From the IMG/VR virus record IMGVR_UViG_3300042465_005697, positions 92,280 through 149,690 of that record: a stretch of DNA of 57,411 nucleotides; one strand, given 5' to 3'. Below the pieces are notes generated by a model. The model did not search any database, was not told the origin of the DNA, and was given only the letters and a program-made list of their open reading frames with translations. The position numbers and the translations under genes are program-made. This stretch comes from a virus. Lineage: Duplodnaviria; Heunggongvirae; Uroviricota; Caudoviricetes. The first letter of the stretch is position 1. Every line of letters starts with the position of its first letter. Shown here in pieces: positions 36,821-46,153 of this stretch.

Positions 36821-37730
36821 ACGTCATTACGATCAAAGTGAGTTGTTGGATTATGTTGAGTTGGATCCAAAGACAAAAACATTAGTTGATAAAACAATAT
36901 TACTTCATTTTGATTCTTTTTGTTTGGGTGATACAATTTGTTTTGCATCATTAATAGACCCATTTATTAATTTCCACAAACCAAAAAAAGTTTTAATCTC
37001 AACATTTTTTCCCCATCTTTTAGTATCAACAAATTTAAGTTATGAATTTATTAATGCAAACCAAAAGAAAAGGATTGTTGTGGATAAACTTATTAATGTT
37101 GGTTATGATAAGGGTAGTTTATCTCATACGTTAGGTGGAATGTTTTATGCTGCAAAGGAAAAGTTAATGATACCCCAGGACACAAAACCTGTTAAACCAC
37201 CAATGATATTAAAATTTAGGAACCCAAAACCTAATAAAATAACAATTGGTCCTGAATCATTAAAAGATATTGCCAAATGGACAAAGGATGGTTGGCAATC
37301 GGTTGTTAATAAATTGGTTGAACATAAATACGATGTTTATAATGTATCCTATGAAAATACGATGAACTTACAAAATGTAACACCAATTCACGGAAATGAT
37401 GATATTAATATTTCAATAGACCATATTTTAGATTCAAAATTTTTTATTGGATTATCTTCAGGTCTTGCTTGGGTTGCATGGGCATATGGTGTTCCCGTTG
37501 TTATGATCTCAGGATTTACAAAAGACCATAACGAATTTGATTGTTTTAGGGTTAGAAACCATAATGTTTGTAATGGATGTTTTAATGTGGTGCAAAACAT
37601 AAAAACAAAATGCCCAATATTCTTGGGAACAAATCGTGAGAACGAATGTCATAAGACAATAACACCTGATATGGTTATTGACCAAATTAATAATGTAATC
37701 AAGTTTACAAACAACGAATATAAACTATAA
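36813..37730 (+). CDS. GT9-like glycosyltransferase resembling autotransporter heptosyltransferases (TibC/AAH)
   Basis: FIGLSSGLAWVAWAYGVPVVMISGFT...VCNGCFN...KCP...NECHKTITP, including the four-Cys motif. Confidence 0.7.
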   Translation: MVKRHYDQSELLDYVELDPKTKTLVDKTILLHFDSFCLGDTICFASLIDPFINFHKPKKVLISTFFPHLLVSTNLSYEFINANQKKRIVVDKLINVGYDKGSLSHTLGGMFYAAKEKLMIPQDTKPVKPPMILKFRNPKPNKITIGPESLKDIAKWTKDGWQSVVNKLVEHKYDVYNVSYENTMNLQNVTPIHGNDDINISIDHILDSKFFIGLSSGLAWVAWAYGVPVVMISGFTKDHNEFDCFRVRNHNVCNGCFNVVQNIKTKCPIFLGTNRENECHKTITPDMVIDQINNVIKFTNNEYKL

Positions 37731-37738
37731 TTTTTTAT

Positions 37739-38626
37739 ATGGAAAAAAAATACTCATTATTTCATATTGAGGGTGGTTTAGGTAAACACGTTTGTGCAAC
37801 GGCAGTTGCTAAATGTATTAAAAATAATCACCCCGATAGAGAATTGATTGTTGTATGTGCATATCCCGAAGTTTTTTTAAATCTACCATTTGTAGATAGA
37901 GTTTATCGGATTGGTATTACCCCTTATTTTTATGAAGATTATGTTGAGGGTAAGGATACTTTAATTTTTAAACACGAACCTTATTTCACGGACGAACATA
38001 TACACAAAACATTACCACTTATTGAGAGTTGGTCAAAATTGTTTAATTTAAACTACCAAGGAGAAACTCCTGAACTTGTTTTTAATGTAAGACAAAAACA
38101 AATTGGATACAATAAATGGAAGAGGGAGAGACCAATTATGGTTATCCAAACCAATGGTGGTCCGTTAAATGAACAACCATATCCATATTCTTGGACTAGA
38201 GACATCCCTTATGAAGTTGCCGAACAACTTGTTAAAACTTTTGAGAATGATTACCATATCATCCAAATTTGTAGAGACAAGTCAAATGGAATACCAGGAA
38301 CTGAAGTAATAACAGAACAAATGTCCAATATGGAATTGTTTTGGTTATTGGCAATGTCAGATAAAAGAATTTTAATTGACTCTTGTTTGCAACACGCATC
38401 AATGGCAATGGGATTACCATCAACGGTATTGTGGGTTGGAACATCACCAAAAACATTTGGATATAACATCCATAAAAATATCATTGCAAATATCCCTAAA
38501 ACTGTTAAGTCACCAGATAGTTATCTGTTTGATTTTAATTTTAATGGACTGACTCACGAATGTCCTTTATTAGATTTTAATATATTTGATATTAATGAAA
38601 TAATTTACGAAACAAAAACAACTTAA
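37739..38626 (+). CDS. GT9-like glycosyltransferase
   Basis: GGLGKHVCATAVAKCIK...RELIVV; LIDSCLQHASMAMGLPSTVLW. Confidence 0.8.
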   Translation: MEKKYSLFHIEGGLGKHVCATAVAKCIKNNHPDRELIVVCAYPEVFLNLPFVDRVYRIGITPYFYEDYVEGKDTLIFKHEPYFTDEHIHKTLPLIESWSKLFNLNYQGETPELVFNVRQKQIGYNKWKRERPIMVIQTNGGPLNEQPYPYSWTRDIPYEVAEQLVKTFENDYHIIQICRDKSNGIPGTEVITEQMSNMELFWLLAMSDKRILIDSCLQHASMAMGLPSTVLWVGTSPKTFGYNIHKNIIANIPKTVKSPDSYLFDFNFNGLTHECPLLDFNIFDINEIIYETKTT

Positions 38627-38627
38627 T

Positions 38628-39446
38628 ATGGTACAAAAGATATTCTTTCAAAGTTCCCTACCAAGAGCGGGATCAACATTACTACAAAATGTTATGGGGC
38701 AAAATCCTGACTTCTATGTAACCCCAACATCGGGTGTTTTAGAGTTGGTGTATGCCGCAAGAAACAATTATACAAATTCACCCGAATTTAAAGCCCAAGA
38801 CACAGAGTTAATGAAAGACGGGTTCCTTTCTTTTTGTAAGAATGGGATGGAAGGGTTTTTTAATGGTGTAACAGATAAACCTTATGTTATAGACAAAAGT
38901 AGAGGTTGGGGTGTTCATTATGGGTTTTTAAATTCATTCTACCCAAACCCTAAGATCATTTGTATGGTTAGAGATTTAAGAGGTGTTTTTGCTTCAATGG
39001 AAAAAAACTTCAGAAAAAATCAACATATGGATTCAGGTTTGGTAAATCACGCAACTATGGTTGGTACCACAACAGAAAAGAGAATTGATACTTGGGCTCA
39101 AAGTCAGCCCGTTGGTATGGCAATTGAGAGATTACAACAAATGTTTAAGGAGGGTGTTGATAAAAAAGTGTTGTTTGTTAAGTTTGAAGATTTTACTTCC
39201 AACCCGGCAAGTGAGATGAGAAGAATTTATGAATATTTGGAACTTCCTTATTTTGAACACGACTTTAATAATGTTGAACAGATGACTAAAGAAGATGATA
39301 GTGTTTATGGTATCTATGGTGATCACAAGATAAAAAACAAAATAGAACCATTAAGAAATGATTTTAACGATGTTTTGGGTGTTAATGCTAGTAACTGGAT
39401 TAAAACAAACTATAAATGGTATTACGATCAATTTTTATATTTTTAA
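38628..39446 (+). CDS. PAPS-dependent sulfotransferase
   Basis: 5'-PSB loop SSLPRAGSTLLQ; 3'-PB motif MVRDLRGVFAS; VKFEDF. Confidence 0.9.
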   Translation: MVQKIFFQSSLPRAGSTLLQNVMGQNPDFYVTPTSGVLELVYAARNNYTNSPEFKAQDTELMKDGFLSFCKNGMEGFFNGVTDKPYVIDKSRGWGVHYGFLNSFYPNPKIICMVRDLRGVFASMEKNFRKNQHMDSGLVNHATMVGTTTEKRIDTWAQSQPVGMAIERLQQMFKEGVDKKVLFVKFEDFTSNPASEMRRIYEYLELPYFEHDFNNVEQMTKEDDSVYGIYGDHKIKNKIEPLRNDFNDVLGVNASNWIKTNYKWYYDQFLYF

Positions 39447-39449
39447 TTT

Positions 39450-39890
39450 ATGATTTATTGGCTTACGGGACAACCGTCCCACGGAAAAACAGTTTTAGGT
39501 GAAATGATGAAAAATCATCTTGAGAAAACACAAGAACAACCATACAGAATTGATGGTGATGATCTTAGAGATTTATTTACAAACAAAGATTATTCTATGA
39601 AAGGTAGGGTAACAAATGTGGATGCCGCTCAGAAGATTGCACATTATTTACATAACCAAGGATATACTGTAATCGTAACTTTGGTTTCACCTTATTTAGA
39701 TCAACGAGAAGAGTTTAAACAAATGCTCGGTGAAGGTATTAAGGAAATTTATATTCATTGCAATGAACCAAGAGAGAGAGATGATTTTGCGGTTGCAGGT
39801 TATCAACCACCACAAAAAAACTTTATTGATATTGATACAACAAACGATACTCCAGAAGAATCATTAAAACTAATATTAAAAAATATATGA
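39450..39890 (+). CDS. cysC: Adenylylsulfate (APS) kinase
   Basis: WLTGQPSHGKT, IDGDDLR, VIVTLVSPY...REE, YQPP. Confidence 0.85.
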   Translation: MIYWLTGQPSHGKTVLGEMMKNHLEKTQEQPYRIDGDDLRDLFTNKDYSMKGRVTNVDAAQKIAHYLHNQGYTVIVTLVSPYLDQREEFKQMLGEGIKEIYIHCNEPRERDDFAVAGYQPPQKNFIDIDTTNDTPEESLKLILKNI

Positions 39891-40351
39891 ATTGGGAAGT
39901 AAAAAATCACGGTGGAGAACCAACAAATAATTCGGATAAAAAATATGCAATCTTTATTGGGAGATATCAACCACCACATTTTGGGCATTTAAATCTTATA
40001 GATCAAAAATTAAATGAAGGTATACCGGCACTTATTATGGTTAGAGATATTGCTCCTGACGATAAAAATCCTTTTACCACAGAACAAACAGTTTCTATGT
40101 TAGAGAAATATTATCATTCAAAGAATAAAGATGTTAAGGTTATGGTTATTCCTGATATTGAGTCCGTTAATTATGGTAGAGGTGTTGGTTATGAAATAAA
40201 TGAATTTACTCCACCAGACAATATCGGGTTTATTTCTGCAACAAAGGTTAGAGAATCAATAAAAAATGGTGAAGATGGGTGGAGAACTATGATTGATGAT
40301 TCCATTCAAGACGATGTAATTAAATATTTATCATATGAAATCACAAAGTAA
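39887..40351 (+). CDS. HxGH nucleotidyltransferase (cytidyltransferase-like; candidate ATP sulfurylase)
   Basis: FIGRYQPPHFGH, ISATKVR. Confidence 0.8.
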   Translation: MNWEVKNHGGEPTNNSDKKYAIFIGRYQPPHFGHLNLIDQKLNEGIPALIMVRDIAPDDKNPFTTEQTVSMLEKYYHSKNKDVKVMVIPDIESVNYGRGVGYEINEFTPPDNIGFISATKVRESIKNGEDGWRTMIDDSIQDDVIKYLSYEITK

Positions 40352-40775
40352 AACTTATCAAATAAGATTCAATACTGTATCTACAGGTGAAAACGATAGA
40401 TGGAGATTAATTGAGAACGGAAATGAAACATTAGTTTCCGACATTTATATTGATGGACACACTTATACAACGAAAGATTGGATAGAGGATATCCAAGATT
40501 ATAAATGGCACATCAGTTGTGTTGGGCATTGTAAAGTTAAAAGTAATTGTGCTTACATCACAACAATTAAAGAAGAATCGGTATTATTAAGACATATTCT
40601 AAAAACAATTAGTTATAGATTGTTAGGAACATTAACTACCGTTATTGTTGCTTTAAGTTTGGGTGCAACTACAGAAGTGTCCGCATTATTAGGTGTGGGT
40701 GAATTGTTAATCAAACCTGTTATTTATTTCTTTCACGAAAGACTATGGTATAAGTTTATTAAGATTAAAAAATGA
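40335..40775 (+). CDS. Protein with C-terminal DUF2061-like membrane domain
   Basis: ILKTISYRLLGTLTT...ELLIKPVIYFFHERLW. Confidence 0.75.
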   Translation: MKSQSKTYQIRFNTVSTGENDRWRLIENGNETLVSDIYIDGHTYTTKDWIEDIQDYKWHISCVGHCKVKSNCAYITTIKEESVLLRHILKTISYRLLGTLTTVIVALSLGATTEVSALLGVGELLIKPVIYFFHERLWYKFIKIKK

Positions 40776-40785
40776 TTTGAGGTTG

Positions 40786-40793
40786 TATTTATA
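40786..40793 (+). promoter_or_regulatory. TATTTATA motif
   Basis: 11 nt upstream of ATG 40805. Confidence 0.55.
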
Positions 40794-40804
40794 GTCTAAG
40801 AACT

Positions 40805-41614
40805 ATGGATCAAACAATTACAATTCAAAGCATAAATTATTCTGGTGAAAGTGCCGAAATAATTTTTAATCCTGATAATGACCCAATTGTCATTAATTTA
40901 AGTGCTCATACGTTACCTTATTTTTTTGATTCTTCATTATTAACTCCACCGAGAGAAATTTATGGGACTTATAGTATTTTGGTTGATAATTGCACATACT
41001 TTCTTAACGTCCCAAGGTTAACACCAACACCTACACCGACGAGAACTCCAACGAGAACTCCAACACCAACTCCAACGCCAACAGTCACACCGACACCAAC
41101 GTTTGATCCGTGTAAGGTTCCGACACCAACACCAACGGTAACAAATACGCCAACAGTTACGCCAACACCAACATCTACGCCAGCACCAAGTTGTACTGAC
41201 CCTTGTTTCTGTGTAACAAAAACGCCAACACCGACACCAACACTTACACCAACAAATACTCCAACACCAACAACTTTCCCGGATAGTCCTGGGATTTATT
41301 ATGGTAAGTTTAATAATACCACAATAACAAGTGCGGACACAGGATCTTTGACGTTTATTTATACTAATAACCCACAAGATAGTTATGTAACATTTAATGT
41401 AGGTTTAGGGTATGGTTACATTCTTATCCCAACATATATACCACAACCAACAGGTTTTAGAAATAGTACCTTTGGTTGTTCAGGGTTTGTGATACCAACA
41501 AATAATATTGGGACGGTAGTTATAGTAGATGCGAATGGTATATTAATAACATATAACATATATAGAACATTTAATACTTTCGGAGGTCAAACCGATAGTT
41601 GGATGTGTAGTTAA
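40805..41614 (+). CDS. Structural protein with mucin-like Pro-Thr repeats
   Basis: About 85-aa TPTPT tract punctuated by Cys. Confidence 0.75.
   Translation: MDQTITIQSINYSGESAEIIFNPDNDPIVINLSAHTLPYFFDSSLLTPPREIYGTYSILVDNCTYFLNVPRLTPTPTPTRTPTRTPTPTPTPTVTPTPTFDPCKVPTPTPTVTNTPTVTPTPTSTPAPSCTDPCFCVTKTPTPTPTLTPTNTPTPTTFPDSPGIYYGKFNNTTITSADTGSLTFIYTNNPQDSYVTFNVGLGYGYILIPTYIPQPTGFRNSTFGCSGFVIPTNNIGTVVIVDANGILITYNIYRTFNTFGGQTDSWMCS
41021..41274 (+). repeat. Pro-Thr coding microsatellite-like repeat ((acacca)n variants)
   Basis: Imperfect hexamer repeats encoding TPTPT; similar tracts at 30609-30650, 46373-46429 and 46652-46717. Confidence 0.9.
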
Positions 41615-41628
41615 AAAAATAAAGAATT

Positions 41629-43743
41629 ATGATGAGTTTTAGTCTTTCAGGGGGAGTTGAAGTTTTCGGGTTTATATCACCATCGGAACCAACAGATACA
41701 TATCCAGTTATAGATCCAATTTATGGTATTGACGGTTTAAGAAACGTGGATACGATTTTAGATTTAGATAATATACCTGATTTACGAAGACGTGCGGGTA
41801 TGGTTGTGGGGGTTAGTGGTGGAACCGAATATTACAAATTAAATCCTTCTCCGTGGAATTTTGATTTTACCGATTGGTCTGTGTTTAACTCTAGTAGTGA
41901 TTACTTACCGTTATCGGGAGGTACAGTTACGGGTTCAACAATTTTTACCCAAGGACTAACCGCAAATACAATATCGGCAACAACATATGATAATTTACCC
42001 ATTACAGGGGCAACAAGTGTAGGAACGGGACTTACAATCTTTGATAGTGTTGTTGATAGAACAATACAAATAAATACCATTACCGGTGATGATTTAGGTA
42101 AAATACTTGCAACCACAACAAACAATACCATACAAGTAGGTATTAATGAAGAAAATTTAGATTTATGGCCATTAGTCGTTCAAGGAAATAGATTGTTAAG
42201 TGGTGGTGTATCATATGTTAGTGGGTTAACATTTAGTGTTAGTCCAGTCCAATATATTATTGATGGATCAATTTATACCATACAATCACCTACAACAGTT
42301 GTATTAAATTCTGGTGACACTCTATACGATAGAATTGACGTTATTGTTGCTGACATTAGTGGTAATACGATAGTCGTCCAAGGAATCCCTTCAACAAACC
42401 CTGAAAAACCAGACATAGATGAATCTATTGAGGTTGAGGTTACTTTTGTAATTGTAAGGGCAAATAGTGTGACCGCAGATATTGATGGGTTTATAATTTA
42501 TAATGAAAATTTGGGGTCTCCAGCTGAATGGAATTTTGGTGTTGGGGGAACCCAATCGGCAAGAATAATTGGATCATCAACAGGAAATACATATAGTGGA
42601 ACAACATCAATTAGGGTTAGTGGAGTAACTGCATCAAACTATAATACATATTTTAGATTGACGGGAAATACGTCTGTAGATACCAATAACTATGCAACCT
42701 TACAATTCGCACTTAAAAATTTATCAGTAAACACTATTCAAAATAGGATTAGAATAAGATTTTTAACAACAGGTGGAACACAAAACGGTAGTGTGGTTTA
42801 TATGAATGCCGCAGGAACTTCAGGGTATGTACAATATAGTAGTACTAACACATCAACTTGGCAACTTATATCAATACCATTATGGAGATTTTATTTAACA
42901 AACACTAATGTTCAAGTTGTTGAAATAGCGTTTTACCCATTAAATGGAAGTGTTACCTCAAATTATTATTTTGACCTTATTGAGTTTGTTGAAGGTACCT
43001 CATCATCACCACCATCAAATTCGTGGACAAAAATTAAGGGGGATAGTGCCACAACAATAATTGCACCCAACCCAAATGCGACGTTAACAATTTCAGGTGG
43101 AACAAATATTAGTTCATCAATATCTGGATCATCTACCGTTGTATTAAATTTGGATAATAACATTTTACTTAATAGTGTTAGTGCAACAACAATAAGTGGG
43201 GGAACATTTTATGGAAACGGAGCATTATTAACAGGATCAGGACAAAATATTGTAACCATAATTGGTTCGGGTTCGACCTTACCATTATTTACAATACAAG
43301 GATCTAGTGGTGAATTATTTAGCGTTACCGATAGTTTAACGGGATCTTTATTTAGTGTTAATGATATTTCAGGACTCCCAATACTTGAGGTGTTTTCAGA
43401 TAATACAACATTAATGGGTGATTATTTATCACCGTCTTTAAACACAACAAAAAGAGTTAGTGCGGGAATAGGAACAACCGCAATCTATTCTATACCTATT
43501 AGTGCCTACACAGGTGCGTTTTTTGACTATACGGTTAGTGACGGGACAAATTTAAGGTCTGGAAACATTATGTCCATATTTAATAACTTAACAATAAATT
43601 ATAAAGAGGACTCAACAACAGATATTGGTAACACAAGTGGTATAACATTTAATATGATAATAAGTGGTGGGACATCGGCAGTATTGCAAACATCAGGAAC
43701 AACTGCTGGGTGGACAGTAAAAACAATAGTAAGAAGTATATAA
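41629..43743 (+). CDS. Tail fibre-like structural protein
   Basis: G/T/S-rich; YLPLSGGTVTG motif; C-terminal fibre-type LFSV.DISGLPILEVFSD...AFFDYTV region. Confidence 0.7.
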   Translation: MMSFSLSGGVEVFGFISPSEPTDTYPVIDPIYGIDGLRNVDTILDLDNIPDLRRRAGMVVGVSGGTEYYKLNPSPWNFDFTDWSVFNSSSDYLPLSGGTVTGSTIFTQGLTANTISATTYDNLPITGATSVGTGLTIFDSVVDRTIQINTITGDDLGKILATTTNNTIQVGINEENLDLWPLVVQGNRLLSGGVSYVSGLTFSVSPVQYIIDGSIYTIQSPTTVVLNSGDTLYDRIDVIVADISGNTIVVQGIPSTNPEKPDIDESIEVEVTFVIVRANSVTADIDGFIIYNENLGSPAEWNFGVGGTQSARIIGSSTGNTYSGTTSIRVSGVTASNYNTYFRLTGNTSVDTNNYATLQFALKNLSVNTIQNRIRIRFLTTGGTQNGSVVYMNAAGTSGYVQYSSTNTSTWQLISIPLWRFYLTNTNVQVVEIAFYPLNGSVTSNYYFDLIEFVEGTSSSPPSNSWTKIKGDSATTIIAPNPNATLTISGGTNISSSISGSSTVVLNLDNNILLNSVSATTISGGTFYGNGALLTGSGQNIVTIIGSGSTLPLFTIQGSSGELFSVTDSLTGSLFSVNDISGLPILEVFSDNTTLMGDYLSPSLNTTKRVSAGIGTTAIYSIPISAYTGAFFDYTVSDGTNLRSGNIMSIFNNLTINYKEDSTTDIGNTSGITFNMIISGGTSAVLQTSGTTAGWTVKTIVRSI

Positions 43744-43744
43744 T

Positions 43745-44476
43745 ATGAGTTTTAATTTTTCACCAAAAATTTCGTCATTAGATAGTTTAATTTACTATCT
43801 TGATGCATCTAACCCGAGATCATATATTTCAGGGTCTACGACTTGGTATGATATAAGTAGAACCGGAGTGAATGGGACATTAGTTAATGGACCTACATTT
43901 AGTAGTGAAAATGGTGGGAGTATTGTTTTTGATGGTATAGATGATTATATTGGGTTATCTCAAATAACCGCAAACCAAACCATTGGTAATTATACAATAT
44001 CATTATGGATAAGTTTTACAAACACAATAACCCCATCAAACGTAATTAATTTTATGTTAATGGAAGCTCAAAACACTTTGCTTGGTGGTGTTGATAATTA
44101 CATTTCTTTACTAGGTAATACCACCGTTCCTGGAACAAATGGTCGCATACTATTTCAAACCTTTAATCCATTAAGTGTTCTATATAGTACTACTAATACA
44201 TGGATTGGGGGTCAATGGTATAATATTGTAGGTACTTATGATATATCAACATCTAGACAATCTATTTATGTAAATGGAATTTTAGAGGGGTCAACAACAA
44301 TTGCAAATTGTTACTTTAATACAAACACTTATTTTAATTTGGGTACATACACCGTACCTCCTAAACAATGGTTTTTTAATGGAAAAATGGCAAACTTTAT
44401 GGTTTATAAAAAAACATTAAGTTCTGATGAGATACTACAAAACTATAACACAATAAAACCTAAAATAACTAAATAA
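43745..44476 (+). CDS. LamG/concanavalin A-like lectin domain protein
   Basis: YYLDASNPRSYISGSTTWYD...GTLVNGPTFS...IVFDG...WYNIVGTYD...YVNG...Y.K.LSSDEILQNY. Confidence 0.85.
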   Translation: MSFNFSPKISSLDSLIYYLDASNPRSYISGSTTWYDISRTGVNGTLVNGPTFSSENGGSIVFDGIDDYIGLSQITANQTIGNYTISLWISFTNTITPSNVINFMLMEAQNTLLGGVDNYISLLGNTTVPGTNGRILFQTFNPLSVLYSTTNTWIGGQWYNIVGTYDISTSRQSIYVNGILEGSTTIANCYFNTNTYFNLGTYTVPPKQWFFNGKMANFMVYKKTLSSDEILQNYNTIKPKITK

Positions 44477-45165
44477 TGTCTGGAAGAGTATCATATTATG
44501 GTGGGATAGTTAAAGATGGTTTAATTATAGATGTTGATGTTGCAAAATTAGATTCATACCCAAAAAGTGGTATTATATGGAATGATGTTTCAGGTCAAGG
44601 TAATAATTTAACTTTATCAGGACCTGTAAATTATCAACAGGATAATAATCTTTTTTTCCTTAATGGTTCAACAACCTATATGTACAGTAATAATTTTTTT
44701 CCAATTGAGGGTCCTGCAACAATATGTCTTCTTTGTAAACCAACGGCAACTGGGGGTAGAACATTTGTGTCAATATCAAATGTTACAGGAACTGTTGGAC
44801 CTTTTTCCGCATTCCAATTTGGGTATAGATCTGGTTTAGGGAATGCGTTAAGTGTTTGGAAATATGGTGGGGCGGTATTATCATCGTCAGGTGTGTTAAC
44901 TACTGGTGTATGGGCCTATATCTGTGTATCATATTCAACAACATCAATTAAAACATATATTAATGGGGTTTTAAGTAATACTGTTTTATCGCCCGTTTTA
45001 CAAACAGGATTGGGCAGATTTTTAATTGGGACATATAGACACTTACCAACACCATTAGAAGTTATGTTTGGAGATATTGTAATGTCTCAATATTATAATA
45101 GAATATTGAGTGATAGTGAAATCACTCAAAACTTTAACGCAATAAAGGCAAGAAAGGGATTATAA
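44476..45165 (+). CDS. LamG/concanavalin A-like lectin domain protein
   Basis: IVKDGLII...SYP.SG..WND...W.YICVSY...YING...YNRILSDSEITQNF. Confidence 0.85.
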   Translation: MSGRVSYYGGIVKDGLIIDVDVAKLDSYPKSGIIWNDVSGQGNNLTLSGPVNYQQDNNLFFLNGSTTYMYSNNFFPIEGPATICLLCKPTATGGRTFVSISNVTGTVGPFSAFQFGYRSGLGNALSVWKYGGAVLSSSGVLTTGVWAYICVSYSTTSIKTYINGVLSNTVLSPVLQTGLGRFLIGTYRHLPTPLEVMFGDIVMSQYYNRILSDSEITQNFNAIKARKGL

Positions 45166-45168
45166 ATT

Positions 45169-45441
45169 ATGGAAACACAAGATTATGAAAATAGACAATT
45201 TATGATATTCAATATGTCTGAATTAACTCAAATTGATTTTACCCAAGTTGTTGAAACTTCTGAGGAAACTGTTAGGCAATCAATTGATAATACAAAAACA
45301 TTTGTAAAGTGGGATGGTATAACTCCTGAATGTGTAGAAGGTTTATCCACAAAGGAAGGACCATATAACTACGATGAGATTTTATTAATCTTATCAACCC
45401 CTGAATGGACATCTAACAATCGGATAATATGGGAACAATAG
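45169..45441 (+). CDS. Small acidic protein embedded in the LamG cluster (possible assembly chaperone)
   Basis: 90-aa ORF overlapping the next gene. Confidence 0.65.
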   Translation: METQDYENRQFMIFNMSELTQIDFTQVVETSEETVRQSIDNTKTFVKWDGITPECVEGLSTKEGPYNYDEILLILSTPEWTSNNRIIWEQ

Positions 45442-46133
45442 AAGGTGGTGGAAATATTATAACTGATGGTTTAGTCCTATATTTAGATGCCGCAAATCCA
45501 AAATCATATATTTCAGGCTCAACAAATTGGAATGATTTAAGTAAATCATCTAATAATGGAACATTAGTTAATGGTCCAACATTTAATCCCACCAATAAAG
45601 GTAGTATTGTTTTTGATGGAACAAACGATACAACAACGTTTAATTCATCATCAAGTCTTCAATTTTTAAATACCTCACCATATACACTCAGTATATTTGT
45701 GAAAATATTAAGTTCCGATGCGACTTTTTCCGGATTTTTAAATAGGGAAAGTGGATCATCAAGAAATGGTTATAATCTTTGGTTTTATAGAGATAGTATT
45801 AATCAAGTGGCTATCGCTTCCGAAAGATTTGGTGGGACAGGTCAAAAAGTGACTTACATACTTTTAGATAATAATCAATGTATTAATGTTTGGAATCAAT
45901 ACACAATAACTTATGATGGAACAACTTTAAGTTTTTATTTAAATGGTGTGTTTAAACATAGTGTGTTAGCTGATGGGAATATAACAAACACATCTAAAAC
46001 TTTAGAGATTGGTAGTCGGTTAACAGATTACGCAAATTGTGAAATTTCTAACGTAACAATACATAGTAGATCACTATCGTCTTCAGAAATAATTCAAAAT
46101 TATAACTTAACAAAATCACGTTTTGGTTTATAA
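45429..46133 (+). CDS. LamG/concanavalin A-like lectin domain protein
   Basis: IITDGLVLYLDAANPKSYISGSTNWNDLS...GTLVNGPTF...WNQYTITYDG...YLNG...LSSSEIIQNY. Confidence 0.85.
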   Translation: MGTIEGGGNIITDGLVLYLDAANPKSYISGSTNWNDLSKSSNNGTLVNGPTFNPTNKGSIVFDGTNDTTTFNSSSSLQFLNTSPYTLSIFVKILSSDATFSGFLNRESGSSRNGYNLWFYRDSINQVAIASERFGGTGQKVTYILLDNNQCINVWNQYTITYDGTTLSFYLNGVFKHSVLADGNITNTSKTLEIGSRLTDYANCEISNVTIHSRSLSSSEIIQNYNLTKSRFGL

Positions 46134-46135
46134 AG

Positions 46136-46143
46136 TATTTATA
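46136..46143 (+). promoter_or_regulatory. TATTTATA motif
   Basis: 10 nt upstream of ATG 46154. Confidence 0.55.
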
Positions 46144-46153
46144 ATAAACAAAA

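Noticed and set aside
41018-41377. Trp/Cys/Arg-rich 119-aa minus-strand ORF
   Set aside because: It is the antisense reading of the Pro-Thr repeat tract.
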